Numbered from the stretch's first letter, positions 27,871 through 41,727 are shown. The stretch: DNA of 64,000 nt from Octopus vulgaris (GCA_951406725.2 OX597822.1:98084001-98148000), one strand, 5' to 3'. The notes: generated by a model not told the origin, from the letters alone. Made by a program: numbers and translations.

Positions 27871-28680
27871 CCCCAACTTCTGGTTGAAATATCTAAGAGG
27901 AATGTACAAAAAGCTTGCTGAAAACTTTAACAACATGCTAGCAGAGCCAGAGATAATGCCTGAATGCCTCACGAAGGGGAAAAACCATCTTAATTCCCAA
28001 ATCAAATGAGACAGCAAAACCAGAAAACTACAGACCAATAACCTGTCTCCCTACAATGTACAAGGCATTTACTGCAGTGATATCGCAAAGGTTGAACAAG
28101 CACCTGGACGAAAACAACCTGTTTCCAGAAGAGCAGAAAGGATGCCGCAAAGGCTCATATGGCTGTAATGATCAACTAATGATTAATAAAGCCATAACTG
28201 AAGACAACCACAGAAAGAAGAAAGGCCTCAGTATGGCCTGGATCGACTACAAAAAGGCGTTTGATAGCATCCCCCACACATGGATCCTCGAAACACTAGC
28301 CATTAACAAAGTAGCACCAACAATTATAAGATTCATAGGGCACTCAATGAATAAATAGCAAACAGTGCTATAGCTCCAAACAAAAGAGGGACTCATGAAA
28401 ACCAAAGCCATCCCCATTAGAAGAGGAATATTCCAGGGAGACACGCTCTCTCCACTCCTTTTCTGCTTGGCACTGTCACCTCTATCTGATATGCTAAATA
28501 GAACTGGATGCGGATATAAATGTATAAATTTATTTATTTATTAATTTTTAAATACATATTTTACCTGTGAATGTGCGTGTGTAATCTGGGAATGCATACA
28601 ATGAGCTTCTCTGCCCTAGGTGTACAGAACACACTCGGCGAGAAATGGAAAAATATTGAAGAGGGAAAAAAAATCAATAA
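27871..28680 (+). mobile_element. R4/Dong-like element: RT fragment fused directly to the 3'UTR, in (TAA)n
   Basis: ENYRPITCLPTMYK, EEQKGCRKGSYGC, MAWIDYKKAFDSIPH, RGIFQGDTLSPLLF. 28527-28670 matches the 3'UTR at 53163-53310. Confidence 0.88.
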
Positions 28681-28687
28681 TGATAAT

Positions 28688-29086
28688 TCTTTCTACTATA
28701 GGCACAAAGCCGGAAATTTGGGGGAAGGGGGATAGTCAATTACGTCGGCCCCAGTGTTTCACTAGTACTTAATTTATCGAACCCGAAAGGATGAAAGACA
28801 AAGTCGAACTCGGTGGAATTTGAACTCAGAACGTAGCGACGGGCGAAATACCTATTTCTTTACTACCCAAAAGGGGCTAAACACAGATAGGACAAACAAG
28901 GACAGACAAAGGGATTAAGTCGATTATATCGACCCCAGTGCGTAACTGGTACTTATTTAATCGACACCCGAAAGGATGAAAGGCAAAGTCGACCTCGGCG
29001 GAATTTGAACTCGGAACGTAAGGGCAGACGAAATACTACTAAGCATCATGTCCGGCGGGCTAACGTTTCTGCCAGCTCGCCGCCTT
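28688..29086 (-). mobile_element. SINE C dimer (head-less unit + headed unit, junction ~28850)
   Basis: gaaatac|ctatttctttactaccc junction, the same as in the 36-kb array. Confidence 0.82.
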
Positions 29087-29098
29087 AACAACAACAAC

Positions 29099-29174
<76 letters not shown>

Positions 29175-29705
29175 GATTTGAACAGAGAACGTAAAGAGCC
29201 GGTAGAAATATCATGAGGCATTCTTGTTACACATTCTAAACATTTCGTCTATCCAAATAATAATCAATTACGAATATATTGTTATATTTCAATGAAACAG
29301 TTTATGATTTTATTACTATCGTAAACCAACGGGTTATAGACATATAATAATGAAGTTTTCCTGCGGGTATCACCTAAGGAATATGAAGAAGTACATGAAA
29401 ATTTACCGTTGCATGAACGAGAAAAAACTTTCATACTGATGAAAAAACTTTGAAATGAAAGCAAATAAAAATTGCTAGAAAGTAGGAGATAAAAGAACAA
29501 AGAAATCACAACACTAATGGGAATGCCGGTGTTATTGCAAATAGAAAACAGGCAAAAGCAAAATAGACAAAGCAACGAATGACATATACACACACATCTT
29601 CATCTACACAATAAAAAATATATAAAGACACTGATATTTTCAATAACCACAGACATATGGGAATGGTTATGTGCGTGTGTGAGTATATATATATATATAT
29701 GAAGG

Positions 29706-30089
29706 GTGGAGGCGCAATGGCCCAGTGGTTAGGGCAGCGGACTCGCGGTCATAGGATCGCGGTTTCGATTCCCAGACCGGGCGTTGTGAGTGTTTATTGA
29801 GCGAAACACCTAAAAGCTCCACGAGGCTCCAGCAGGGGATGGTGGTGATCCCTGCTGTACTCTTTCACCACAACTTTCTCTCACTCTTACTTCCTGTTTC
29901 TGTTGTACCTGTATTTCAAAGGGCCGTATTTCTCTGTGTCACGCTGAATATCCCTGAGAACTACGTTAAGGGTACACGTGTCTGTGGAGTTCTCAGCCAC
30001 TTACACGTTAATTTCACGAGCAGGCTGTTCCGTTGATTCGGATCAACCGGAACCCTCGTCGTCGTAACCGACGGAGTGCTTCCCAAAAA
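29706..30089 (+). mobile_element. SINE A1 with 11-bp TSD ATATATGAAGG
   Basis: TSD at 29695-29705 and 30090-30100. Confidence 0.9.
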
Positions 30090-31986
30090 ATATATGAAGG
30101 AAACGAAAAAGTGAAGTTTGTAGAACATATGGTATATAGAAATAAGATTGGTTGAATCATACAAATCACAACATATAATGAAACTACTTTGAGAAGTTTT
30201 CTGTAGCGACGACACAAAACTAGAGAGCTTCGAAGTACTTATATTGTTACCCTTGGTTAAATGAATGCCGAACTCGGGTGAACTGCGACTTGAAATCACA
30301 ACAAAACACAAAAAATGTATTTCTCATATGTTCTGCGATTTATAAGTATTGTACAAAAAATATAAAAAAAGCAAAGATAGCACCACAGCAGCAATTACAG
30401 CCGTTCAAGAATTTGGACCTGGAGATCTCCATCTCCAGCGATTCGCGGGCCACCTCTCAGTGGTGTCGGGCGTCAACAAAGAGCTCTCGACTACAACAAG
30501 ACGACCAAAGTTTTTTTTTTCCAAGATCTGGGATCTCCCGCCCCTAAGCCCTAGACCATCACCTAATCACCCTTTCCCGTCTTTTTGCTTAACAACAACA
30601 ACAGCAGCAATTACAATACCAACGAGAATGGCGACAACAATGATGATTCATGCTGCTATATGATGTGTACGGGAAGTCCATGTTTATCTCAGACTCTGTT
30701 AAACTGGATCGAAAAATAATCAAGAATACCTTTTAAACTATAAATATCTAACTTCGTAGAATGTTGAATTTAGCTTAAATTATTTGCCTCAAGTTATGCC
30801 GTACTGGCGATTCCAGTTGGAATGGAGTGGAGCAAAGTTATGATATTAAATTATGTGCAACTTCCACAAGTGAAAACTCCTTCTGTACTACAGTGTGTCA
30901 CAGAGCTAGCTCTTTTCACCACGAAAGAAAATTTTCTACCGTTTCAAGACTGCAACAAGACTATTTTAACACTATGAAGCCACGACTATGTTTTAGATGT
31001 GATTTCACTTGGCTATACGGCTGGAAGATGTATAATTTTGAAACCACTACTCGCTAATCGGCAGAAACATTGTTATCTTTAGTCATAAACATAAAACAAT
31101 GAGACTGCTCACTTTCGCGTCTTTCGCGGATATAGTAAAAAAATGTTTCACTCGTTAAAACGCATCCGTTTTTTCAAAGGGTTAATTTCTGTGAATATGA
31201 CAGTAAGAACGATACAGGGTGTATGAAAACCGCTTATCTTCGGGGATCTTTCCGAGAATTATTAGTTAGTCAGTGGGAAATGTCTCAGGGTTTCTATGTC
31301 CAACAAGACTATTTTATATAAATACCTGTCACACAAGATAAAACGTTATACTGCATTTAATCTAGCGTTTACATTATACATGCTGCTTCCCCTGAGTGGC
31401 ACGCATGCAGTGATGTTTATAATGTGTTTTCTTACCAGTTCGCTGATGTCATACTTTTCAGTTGCTTCGAGCTGAGCCAGAGAACATAAATAACAAAAGT
31501 ATAGCAGATGATCATGATTAGTGTAGGTGCCAGAAACATCACAGTCAACTGATAGATGGCGTACGCAAGCCGCTTGTCTTCAGGGATAGCGCTATCGTAG
31601 CAGTGTGAAAATGTTACACTAGTGACGTTGTTGTGGTATGATATAACTTCAATATCCTGTGTGGAGAGAAAGAAAATATATTAGCATATGGAAGAGGAAC
31701 ATCGAAGTAAAGAGAACTTTGAGATGGAGAAACAAAGTTGGAAATAAAGATTTTGCTTGTTTAGAGTCAAGATCAATTTTGAAATACGGCGATGTGTTGT
31801 GCACTGAACAGAAGCAGCATGAAAAGTTTACTTTATGTCCTCCACTTGAATGAAAGATAACACCTACCACTGGGGTTTCAAACACAGGAAAGTGTATCTA
31901 AACATGGATTTATCTGGCAAGACACAAATACAAGGAGCTATGTTAATTCTATAAAGAACAGCTTGGTATATCAGTATTAAACTCAG

Positions 31987-32430
31987 GCGGAGGCGACGTG
32001 TCGGCAGAATCGTTAGCAGGTGGTGAGCTGGCAGAAACGTTAGCATGCCGGGCGAAATACGTGGCGGTATTTCGTCTACCGTTACGTTCTGAGTTCAAAT
32101 TCCGCCGAGGTCGACTTTGCCTTTCATCCTTTCGGGGTCGATAAATTAAGTACCAGTTATGCACTGGGGTCGATATAATCGACTTAATCCGTGTGTCTGT
32201 CCTTGTTTGTCCCCTCTGTATTTAGCCCCTTGGGGGTAGTAAAGAAATAAGAATCGTTAGCACGCCGGCAAAACTTCTTAGCTGCATTTCGTCCATCTTT
32301 ATGACGAAGTCAACTTTGCCTTTCATCCAGTTGAGTTGATAAAATAAATACCAGTTGAGCACTGACCTCGGTGTACTCGACCTACACCTTCCCCCGTAAT
32401 TACTGGTCTTGTGCCGAAATTTAAAACCAA
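31987..32430 (+). mobile_element. SINE C copy nested in or joined to an older SINE C
   Basis: Head at ~31987 and again at ~32020; core repeated after 32250. Confidence 0.75.
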
Positions 32431-32689
32431 TATTAAAGTCAGTCTATGTGGCAAAAGAATTGAATATTATGAGGAAGTATTTGACCCAGTTCAAAATAGA
32501 GAGAGAGAGAGAGAAAGGGAGAGAGAGAGATAGAAAGGGAGAGAGAGAGAGAGGAAGGGAGAGAGAGAGAGAAATAAATCGTTGGCGATTAATCCCATAA
32601 CAACCCTAATTCAATGAACTTGGGATCAAAGAATTTCCTGTGATGACCAGTCTGTCTTTCTGTATCTCGACGACTAGATTGTTAAAGTG

Positions 32690-32945
32690 TGTAGAGTGCG
32701 TTTGTCAGGAGAACCACGTCTCAGAGAAATCCAAAAGATTGTGCTGACAAATACTTCCCACATTCTTAGAAAAACTACCAATTTAAATGCCTGTGTTGTA
32801 TTATATGAAGATATTTCGCGACTACCCCTACCACTTCACATTCGCAAGCTTTCAGTCATACTGCAACATCTCTTGTTCTTTACTCACCTTAGGACGTTGT
32901 GTGTGTTGCGGCAAGTGACAAACATGCAGATTAACAGTAAATAAT
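32690..32945 (+). mobile_element. R4/Dong-like 3' end fragment
   Basis: GEPRLREIQKIVLTNTSHILRK resembles GSPSLQEVQKIVLTGTAHVLRR at 53060; ends in (TAA)n. Confidence 0.65.
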
Positions 32946-33213
32946 AATAATGATAATAATAATCCTTTCTGCTATAGGCACAAGATCTGAAATTCGGGGG
33001 AGGGGACTAGTCGATTATGTCGACTCCAGTGTTTCACTGGTACTTAAGTAATAATAATAATAATTAATATTTCAAATGAAAAGCAAAGCTGACCTCGGCT
33101 GAATTTGAACTCAGAACGTAGCGACGGGCGAAATACCGCTAAGCATTTCGTCCAGCATATTAACGATTATGCCAGCTCACCGCCTTAGTAATATTAATAT
33201 TTTTTTATATATA

Positions 33214-33578
33214 TACCCAGGCCTATCCCCAATTTTTTTAGGAGGGGGTAGCCACAACAACACATACCAGGCGTTCTATTCATTTCCACCTCAAACAGGG
33301 GAGCCGCGGCCTATGCTCGGGTCAGGGCGTAGAACGCAAACCCCAATATCAACAGCGGGGCCTGACAGCATATGCTGCTTTGCCCGCGCCACATCTCATC
33401 ACTGCCTCTCTGGAAGCCTCCCACTCCTTCTCCACATCCCCCACCTCCCGTTTCTTAACCTGTCCATATTCACCTCTCAGTTTCTCTTAATATTCCTGCC
33501 GCTTCTGTCTCCTATCCAGTTCACTCACCTTCGCAGCCTCTCTCCTCCCTGTCACTCGTCTAGCATTCCACTTTGATG
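33214..33578 (-). mobile_element. RTE-like LINE fragment (post-endonuclease linker) joined to a GC-rich tail
   Basis: On -: KVSELDRRQKRQEY*EKLRGEYGQVKKREVGDVEKEWEASREAVMRC. Confidence 0.5.
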
Positions 33579-35929
33579 ATACAACAACAACAATAATAAT
33601 AATAATAATAAAAATAATAAATGCCATGATGCAGTACCAGGCAGCTCTCATGACTTCTAATCTTAACTAACTGGAAGCGTTATCATGTACATAGTTTTGT
33701 ATTGGTATAACAGGTGGGCTACAGCAAATATTTTGTTCAATATCACAGATTTCCTTGTCAGTTGCTGGACCTTAACCAGTTGAGCATGTCCCTTAGTGGC
33801 TGACGATATGTGCATTTCTGATCACGCGCAGAAATTGCCATGTGTTGAGAGGAATTCTTTGGGGTTTGGATAATTCACCTTTGCAAATATGGATGACTTA
33901 ATTCGAAATCTTTAGAAGAGAAATGGGCTAGTTATAATTATTTTCTAAATCTAGAGATTATGGTGAGTAATATAACCTGGCATTTAAATCATCTGCACAA
34001 CATTTTCTAGTTGTCTGATCCCAGGTGGTCTATGCGTTAGAAAATGTGATTATTAACACGTACATGCAGATATTATGTTGGTTTAAATTTGACCGAGCAC
34101 ACCTTTAATCAAAGTCATGCCACTCATGACCGCTCCATTTTTTCGTAAACCCAGAACTGGATTATCTTGCGTAGGCTTCTATTTTATGAGATACTATCAA
34201 TGCATGCTCCTGAAATGGAACTTTGATATGTACCGTTTATAAGGTAGAGAAAGCTGATACTTGTATTGTTTCTGAGTTCCTTAAAGTGTGAGTGATCAAA
34301 GTGAAGCTTTACGAATAGAAGGTGAACATTGTTCAGATTCGAAATAATTCAGTTTTACACACACACAAACAAAACCACACACAAACACACAGATATATAT
34401 ATTTCAAAAATTCATTTCTACTCTATCACATTATTAGAGTAATAAAGGCAGTAATAACTGACAACGCTTGTATCACTACATTTTTTATCAGTAAGGACAC
34501 AAGCTTAGACGATGAATTTCAATTTGTCAATAGCATACTGAATGCCAGAAAGAAAATAAATTAGATTACGTTACGTCTCAAAAATCTGTCAAAGACAGAA
34601 AACGTTCACTTTCAATGTTAGAAATTAAAGAAAACTGACTGAAATAGCGAAATATGATTGTACAGAATATTGAAATACCAATTATCTACTCAGTGAAATC
34701 TAGAGAACTACCAGAAGTGGCATTCCTGTATCACTGGATTGTATACGGTTGCTTAGAGTCATATATAGGAGTATTTTAATTCGAGTGACACTAATGATAT
34801 ATCGTTAATACAGTAGGAAACCTAATTAAGTGATTGAACTTTTCATATACTAAATAAATCAAAGGCAATCTACTGACGTTACTGCTAACAGAACAATTCC
34901 TGTATCTTTTGCTGCAAGCGATTTTAATGAAACTGATCATGTTAAGAGCGATTTCAGCAAAGTTACACTAAGAAGAAAAGATCACCAACCAGAAAGCAGG
35001 ATGCATTGATACTGCACTTAAACTATTCACAGAAGGGGGTGATTACCGATATATGATATTGGTGGGCTTCGATGAACTTAAAGGAATATTTAAAATCAAC
35101 ATGTAACTTAGCAAAATAGACATTATGTACTCATTATTATTATTATTATATGATTATATTTAACATATAGAGTAAAAACGCTTCTAATTACAACTTCGAA
35201 TGAAAGCTCGGCGAAAGATGCAACCTTACAACAAGGTAAATAAAAATGGGATTTCTGTAGAAATGAAGGAGGGCTAAATCCTTAAATAAGAACTAATATT
35301 TTTCTGATCTCATTTCAAAGTGACATGTAAAAATAGGGACAGTCTTGGGAAGAACTCTCAGAAGCATCAAGATCAGAGTATTCAATTTAATAGTTTCATG
35401 TAAGGCAATACAATTTTGAAGGATTTGAAGTAAGGATGTACGATTTTGTAGGAATTGAGGTAATGTATTTTCATTGTATACTCAAGAATAGTATGCAAAA
35501 CAGACGTCACAGATGATGTCAGAACCTGGCAAGAAAACAGAACTTGAACTTGGATAACAAGTGTTAACAGAAGCCGATAATATTCATTTTAGTGACAGTA
35601 GAGATAATGATGCTGAAAAAGCCTTTGATAATTGTGTATGTTGATTTGTTAACAGAAGCCGTTGTTCTACAACAGCATCAACATATAAAAGACTTAACGG
35701 AACGCATTAAGTAGAAGCAAAACTTCAGCAAGATTAATAGCTGAAACTTTTCTCATTCCTCAAACCTATTTATCTCAACATTACAGCTGTTAATCTTGTT
35801 GATGATACGGAAAACCAACGAAACAGCGAAGCTGCTAGGTTTTACTAGATAATAAGGACAACGTATCATCTGTGTGCCTAACCCAACGGCCAAACATTAA
35901 CAATTTGCATTTTAAGATTCATATATACT

Positions 35930-37097
35930 TCTTCACTGCACACAAGGGGCTAAGCATAGAGGGGACAAACAAGGACAGACAGAGGTATTAAGTCGATTAC
36001 ATCGACCTCAGTGCATAACTGGTACATAATGTATCGTCCCCGAAAGGATGAACGGCAAAGTCAACCTCGGTGGAATTTGAACTCAGAACGTAACGGCAGA
36101 CGAAATACCTATTTCTTTATTACCCACAAGGGGCTAAACATAGAGGAGACAAACATGGACAGACATAGGTATTAAGTCGATTATATCAACCCCAGTGCTT
36201 AACTGGTACTTAATTTATCGACCCCGAAAGGATGAAAGGCAAAGTCGACCTCGGTGGAATTTGAACTCAGAACGTAATGGCAGACGAAATACCTATTTCT
36301 ATTTCTTTATTACCCACAAGGGGCTAAACACAGAGGGAACAAACAAGGACAGACAGAGGTATTAAGTCGATTACATCGACCTCAGTGCATAACTGGTACA
36401 TAATTTATCGTCCCCGAAAGGATGAAAGGCAAAGTCGACCTCGGTGGAATTTGAACTCAGAACGTAATGACAGACGAAATACCTATTTCTTTACTACCCA
36501 CAAGGAGCTAAACACAGAGATGACAAACAAGGACAGACAAACGGATTAAGTCGATTACATCGACACCAGTGCGTAACTGGTACTTAATTTATCGACCCCG
36601 AAAGGATGAAAGGCAAAGTCGACCTCGGTGGAATTTGAACTCAGAACGTAATGGCAGACGAAATACCTATTTCTATTTCTTTATTACCCACAAGGGGCTA
36701 AACACAGAGGGGACAAACAAGGACAGACAGAGGTATTAAGTCGATTACATCGACCTCAGTGCACAACTGGTACATAATTTATCGTCCCCGAAAGGATGAA
36801 AGGCAAAGTCGACCTCGGTGGAATTTGAACTCAGAACGTAATGGCAGACGAAATACCTATTTCTATTTCTTTATTACCCACAAGGGGCTAAACACAGAGG
36901 GGACAAACAAGGACAGACAGAGGTATTAAGTCGATTACATCGACCTCAGTGCATAACTGGTACATAATTTATCGTCCCCGAAAGGATGAAAGGCAATGTC
37001 GACCTCGGTGGAATTTGAACTCAGAACGTAATGGCAGACGAAATACCGCTAAGCACTTCGCCCGGCGTGCTAACGATTCTGCCAGCTCGCCGCCTTA
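35930..37097 (-). repeat. Tandem array of six SINE C units (periods 184,190,184,190,190 bp); only the last carries the full head
   Basis: Unit marker cacaagg at 35941, 36125, 36315, 36499, 36689, 36879; head gccagctcgccgcc at ~37081-37094. Confidence 0.93.
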
Positions 37098-37119
37098 AGA
37101 TTCATAAACTGTAACATCT

Positions 37120-37442
37120 CTCTTTTATTTGTTTCAGTTATTTGAACTGCAGCCATAGTGAAGGGCTACTTTAAAGTTTGGTATCTCTTTTATCAGTCTC
37201 CCTTGCTGATACGCTATGTTACGAAGACACAAACACGCCAACACCAATCGTTTATCATGCAGTTGTCGGGCCAAACACATATACACACACGACGGGATTC
37301 TTTTAATTTCCCCCTGCCAAATTTGCTCGCAAGTCATCTACAATAGTAGAATACACTTGTCCACAGTTCCACGCAGTGGGGCTGAACCCGAAACCACATG
37401 GATGCTAAGCGAGCGTCTTAACTACAAAACCATTTTGCGCCT
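37120..37442 (-). mobile_element. Degraded SINE B
   Basis: Reverse complement of family B landmarks. Confidence 0.65.
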
Positions 37443-39189
37443 TAAATATGTTTCAAATTTGAACACAAGGCCAGCATTTTGTGGCAGGGAATAAGTCGAT
37501 TGCATGGACCTCAGTGCTCAACGGATATTATTTTATCGACAGCATGAAAAGCAAAGTCTCGCTCGGAGGCTTGCACCTTAAATATTGAGATGTTTTATAT
37601 AATTCTGCGATATTACTAATCTTTCAGCTTCGATCTACATGTTGTTTACATCAGATGTTTATCGTAGGAAAATTAGTACTGGCTATCATTTCTATCAAAA
37701 CATCTGTAAAAATATCCCAAACAAATGATTTAATAGCACTGTTAACACAGTAGAACACCATATTGACTTCTAATATTCTTTGTAGTATATTATGGTTGCA
37801 TAACGAAATACGATGTCCCTACAGGTTATTAATATTTACGTACTATCTTCCAGTAACGGGCTTAAAACTTTGATGACTTATATGTAGAAAGAGTTATATA
37901 AATAGTACATGTACATGTGTGCGTATATATGTCAGTGTAGCTATATTTATGCGTGAACATATATGTGATTACATGAAAAATTGTATAAAAGCAAAACTTA
38001 CCATAACAAATATACTTGGCATCGACAACAGAATAGCCAATGCCCAAACGGCTGGCAAGATTTTTCTTGTATTTCCTGCAGTACACCAATAGCGTGAAAT
38101 CATTGGGTGTACAATTACCATATATCTGTAATAAATAAATTGCTTTTAATAGTGATGCACTCATATCAAACGTACTAAATATTACGAAGGCAAATTCGAG
38201 ATATAATAAAAAATATTTAAACGGCAACTGACATGACTGAAATCAAATTTAACAGAAAAATGTAATAAAAGTCAAACTATAACATGTTTCCTGCTGTTTT
38301 GTATCAAACTAGGGTTTGGGATAGTTTTATGCTTCTTTATAGAATTCGAATAATGCAATAGAAGCAGCTCCAGATTGAAAGCGTATTCGTGTCACTGAAA
38401 AGCCAGAAACTGTGGTTTACGCCAGGTAAAATCTCTCTATAGAAGTAGGGTATTAAACAACATCATATACTTCAAAGCTAGCTGAAGCAAAGTCGCCTCG
38501 TTAGTGATCGCCTGAAATATTGTGCAAAAAAAAAACAAGAAAAAAATCAAAGAAACAATAAAACAATACACCCCTATAAAGAGTTTTTCCCGAGTGAAAA
38601 CTACAGCTTCCAGGTTTTCAACCATACATATTCCTTAAGTATTTCCTATTGATGAATATACTTATTGATATTAGTTTGCGTATATTCTCGTAAAACCTCA
38701 AACATATAAACTCCATTCTTTCACCATAATCTCGTGATCATAATCTCGTGGTATATACCTGCTTGGGTACATTCTAATCAGACTGCATCAATTCAGGAGC
38801 TCCGCACTACTATGGAAGATGACATCAAACTATCTTTACTGAGTTACCTTCAAGATAACTTATATGGACTCCATTACCATACACCTAAAAAATATCCTCC
38901 TATACGAACTGACGCAGTCTCCTTCAAAGAGATGCAAAAACTACACATGTAAATATGGAAGAAATGTTATTGTTGCACGACAACGTACACCCTCATACGC
39001 CGAAGGCGTTGAAAAGTTTGGGTTCCATGTCCCGCCTCTTCCGACTATTACAACTTTGGTCCGCTGGAACATCTTTTACAAAGTCGTCAGTTTGCTATAG
39101 ACGAAGTGCAGGGAGCGTAACATAAACGAGAGTACAAACACTGAAAACTTGCTTCTCCGATGGAATTAAGCCAGCTTATAGACCATTGG

Positions 39190-39655
39190 ACAAATCGCTA
39201 AAGAGACTACTAACAAATGCGAAGCTTTACAAAACAAACACGAAACCAACGGTTGAAAAATGTGGATGCCCAAAGTGTGGAACCTGCCCCATCCTACTTG
39301 AAGGCATGGATTTCCTTTTCAAACAACGACAGAGGTTCACAATCAAAACTAGTTTCAATTGTGCCTCTGAGAACCTAATTTATAACCTGCTCGGGTTCCG
39401 GACACAACTATATTGGACTAACTAATATGATTTTGAGAAAGAGAACCGCTCTACATAAAGAGCAAATCCGTTTCCCGCAATACAGGTAAATTCTTCTCAG
39501 TGAACATATAGAAAAAATGTGCTGATAACATCAAACCAAATTTTACAGTCTTCCCCTTCTACCAGTGCAAAGACACAATGTCTCCACAAGATCGTTTAAA
39601 TAAAGAAACTCTTTCATTGAAAAATGCAGAACAGGTCTTAATATGCACGCATAAC
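39190..39655 (+). pseudogene. Penelope-like element GIY-YIG endonuclease fragment 1
   Basis: KSLKRLLTNAK..KCGCPKCGTC..FNCASENLIY..YIG..LHKEQIRFPQY; frameshifted. Confidence 0.85.
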
Positions 39656-39759
39656 CAACTTTATCTTTTCACATATTTCGATTCACGATTACATCACTGT
39701 ACGTAAATCCCCTCACTAAACAAGGTTTTCAAAACTTGCTTTTGTCTGTACACACACAC

Positions 39760-39807
<48 letters not shown>

Positions 39808-39812
<5 letters not shown>

Positions 39813-40087
39813 CGTGATCGACCAGGCTATCAGATGTTGCTACACATCGCTGGTCACAATGCGCTTCGCATTGTTTTAGCCTTCAAATGACGCCACCCCG
39901 CTGGCCAAGCGAGCAGGCCAACGGAAGAAAGAGTGAGAGAAAGTTGTAGCGAAAGAGTACAGCAGGGATGGCCACCACCCCCTGCCGGAGCCTCGTGGAG
40001 CAACACTCACAACGCCTGGTCTGGGAATCGAAGCCGCGATCCTACGACCGCGAGTTCGCTGCCTAAACCACTGGGCCATTGCGCCTC

Positions 40088-40090
<3 letters not shown>
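39808..40090 (-). mobile_element. SINE A2
   Basis: Matches 15845-16151. Confidence 0.85.
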
Positions 40091-40152
<62 letters not shown>

Positions 40153-40330
40153 CACTCCCATTACCGAAAGCGGAGCAGTTATCTCCCTTACCCACAACAA
40201 TAATAACGATAACCAATTACCTCCCTTTATTTATCTACTTGTGAAGTCATTCACTCGTGAATATCATCACACACAACATAGACAAAATTTCTTCTAAAGA
40301 AAAAAAACATATTCAAATAAGTAAAACATA

Positions 40331-40358
40331 ATATCACGAATAGCGATAGAGAAACCGG

Positions 40359-40365
<7 letters not shown>
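40331..40365 (+). ncRNA. Degenerate hammerhead-like motif (A3-U8 core variant) downstream of PLE fragment 1
   Basis: ATATC-ACGAATA-GCGATAGA-GAAA-CCGG-TC-GATAT: 5-bp stem I, palindromic stem III, GUC site; stem II vestigial. Confidence 0.4.
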
Positions 40366-40418
<53 letters not shown>

Positions 40419-40604
40419 CATATATACCTGCACACTTTATTAGAAAGCAGCCAAAAGTATCAGAAAAACAGTTTTTGTGATATTTTTGATGCCTTTTTAA
40501 AAACATATTACTCTACTTGTGGTGTTCGTGTACTATTTTTTCAAACTTGTTTCGTATTTATGAGCTTACCCTGGTATATATATATATATATATATATATA
40601 TGCT

Positions 40605-40962
40605 CTTTGCACTTTTACTTGATTCAGTCATATGACTGCGGCCATCCTGGAACAACATGAATAAATCGACCCCAGGACATATCATTTGTAACCCTAGTAC
40701 TTATTGTATTGGTCTCTTTTTGCCGAACCGCTAAGTGCCATGGAGGTAAACAGACTAATATCAGTTGTCAAACGATGGTAGGGACAAACACAGACATACA
40801 AACGACTAACGATTACATAAATATATACGACAGGCTTCTTTCAGCTTCCGTTTACCAAATCTACTCTCAATTCTTTGGTCAGCCCCAGGCTATAGTAAAA
40901 AACAGTTGCCCAATGTGTCACACAGTGGGATTGAAATCGGAACTATGTGGTTGAGAAGGAAG
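40605..40962 (-). mobile_element. Degraded SINE B
   Basis: Reverse complement of family B landmarks. Confidence 0.7.
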
Positions 40963-41470
40963 TTTCTTTCCACACACACACACACACATATGCCTATGTG
41001 TGTCTGTGTGTGGGAGAGAGACGGGGAGAGAGAGAGAGAGAGAGAGAGAAAGGGTGGAGAGAGAGTGTTTGTGTATGTGTGTGTAACTTTATTATGTGAA
41101 CTATGTCGGTGATATTTCAGATATGAAGTACTTCAGAATCTCCTACGTAGCATCACAACTCCATGAAAGTAAAAATCAAACGGCAAATAGAATACACTGT
41201 TTGAAGATTGACTGTATGATTAAGACCGTTGTAATCATGGCTAGCTGTCTAGATAAAATCTTGATCTATCATTCAGCGTATAGACATATGAGGATCTTGC
41301 TTTTTTTGTAATGTACACAAAATAGTAAATATGAGATTAACAAATATCAAGAACCTATAATATAAATACTTTTATATATATTCGCATGAAACTATATACA
41401 CACCGCATAAACAGTATATTCATCATCACTATACACACGCACATTTATATATACAGTCACCCATGCATAT

Positions 41471-41530
<60 letters not shown>

Positions 41531-41727
41531 AAACAAGTCAAAAAGAAAATGCTAAAATAGAAAATGCTAAAATAATTTTTTATAGTGAACATTTCAGTTT
41601 TTGCACTTGTGCAAACAAGGGAGTCAGAGAAAGGCAGAATGCTACTTATATCTGAACACTACTATAGAAATATTCCTTTAAAAAAACTTTTCTTCTAATT
41701 TTTCTAAATTTAATTATTTAATCGTTA

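Noticed and set aside
35930-37097. CRISPR-like or hammerhead retrozyme array
   Set aside because: No unique spacers. The hairpin GTCGAT-GTA-ATCGAC follows CTGAG but lacks GAAA, and no ribozyme core was found on either strand.
38343-38512. Possible exons on either strand
   Set aside because: Splice-like signals are present, but the frames contain stops or no partner exon could be matched.
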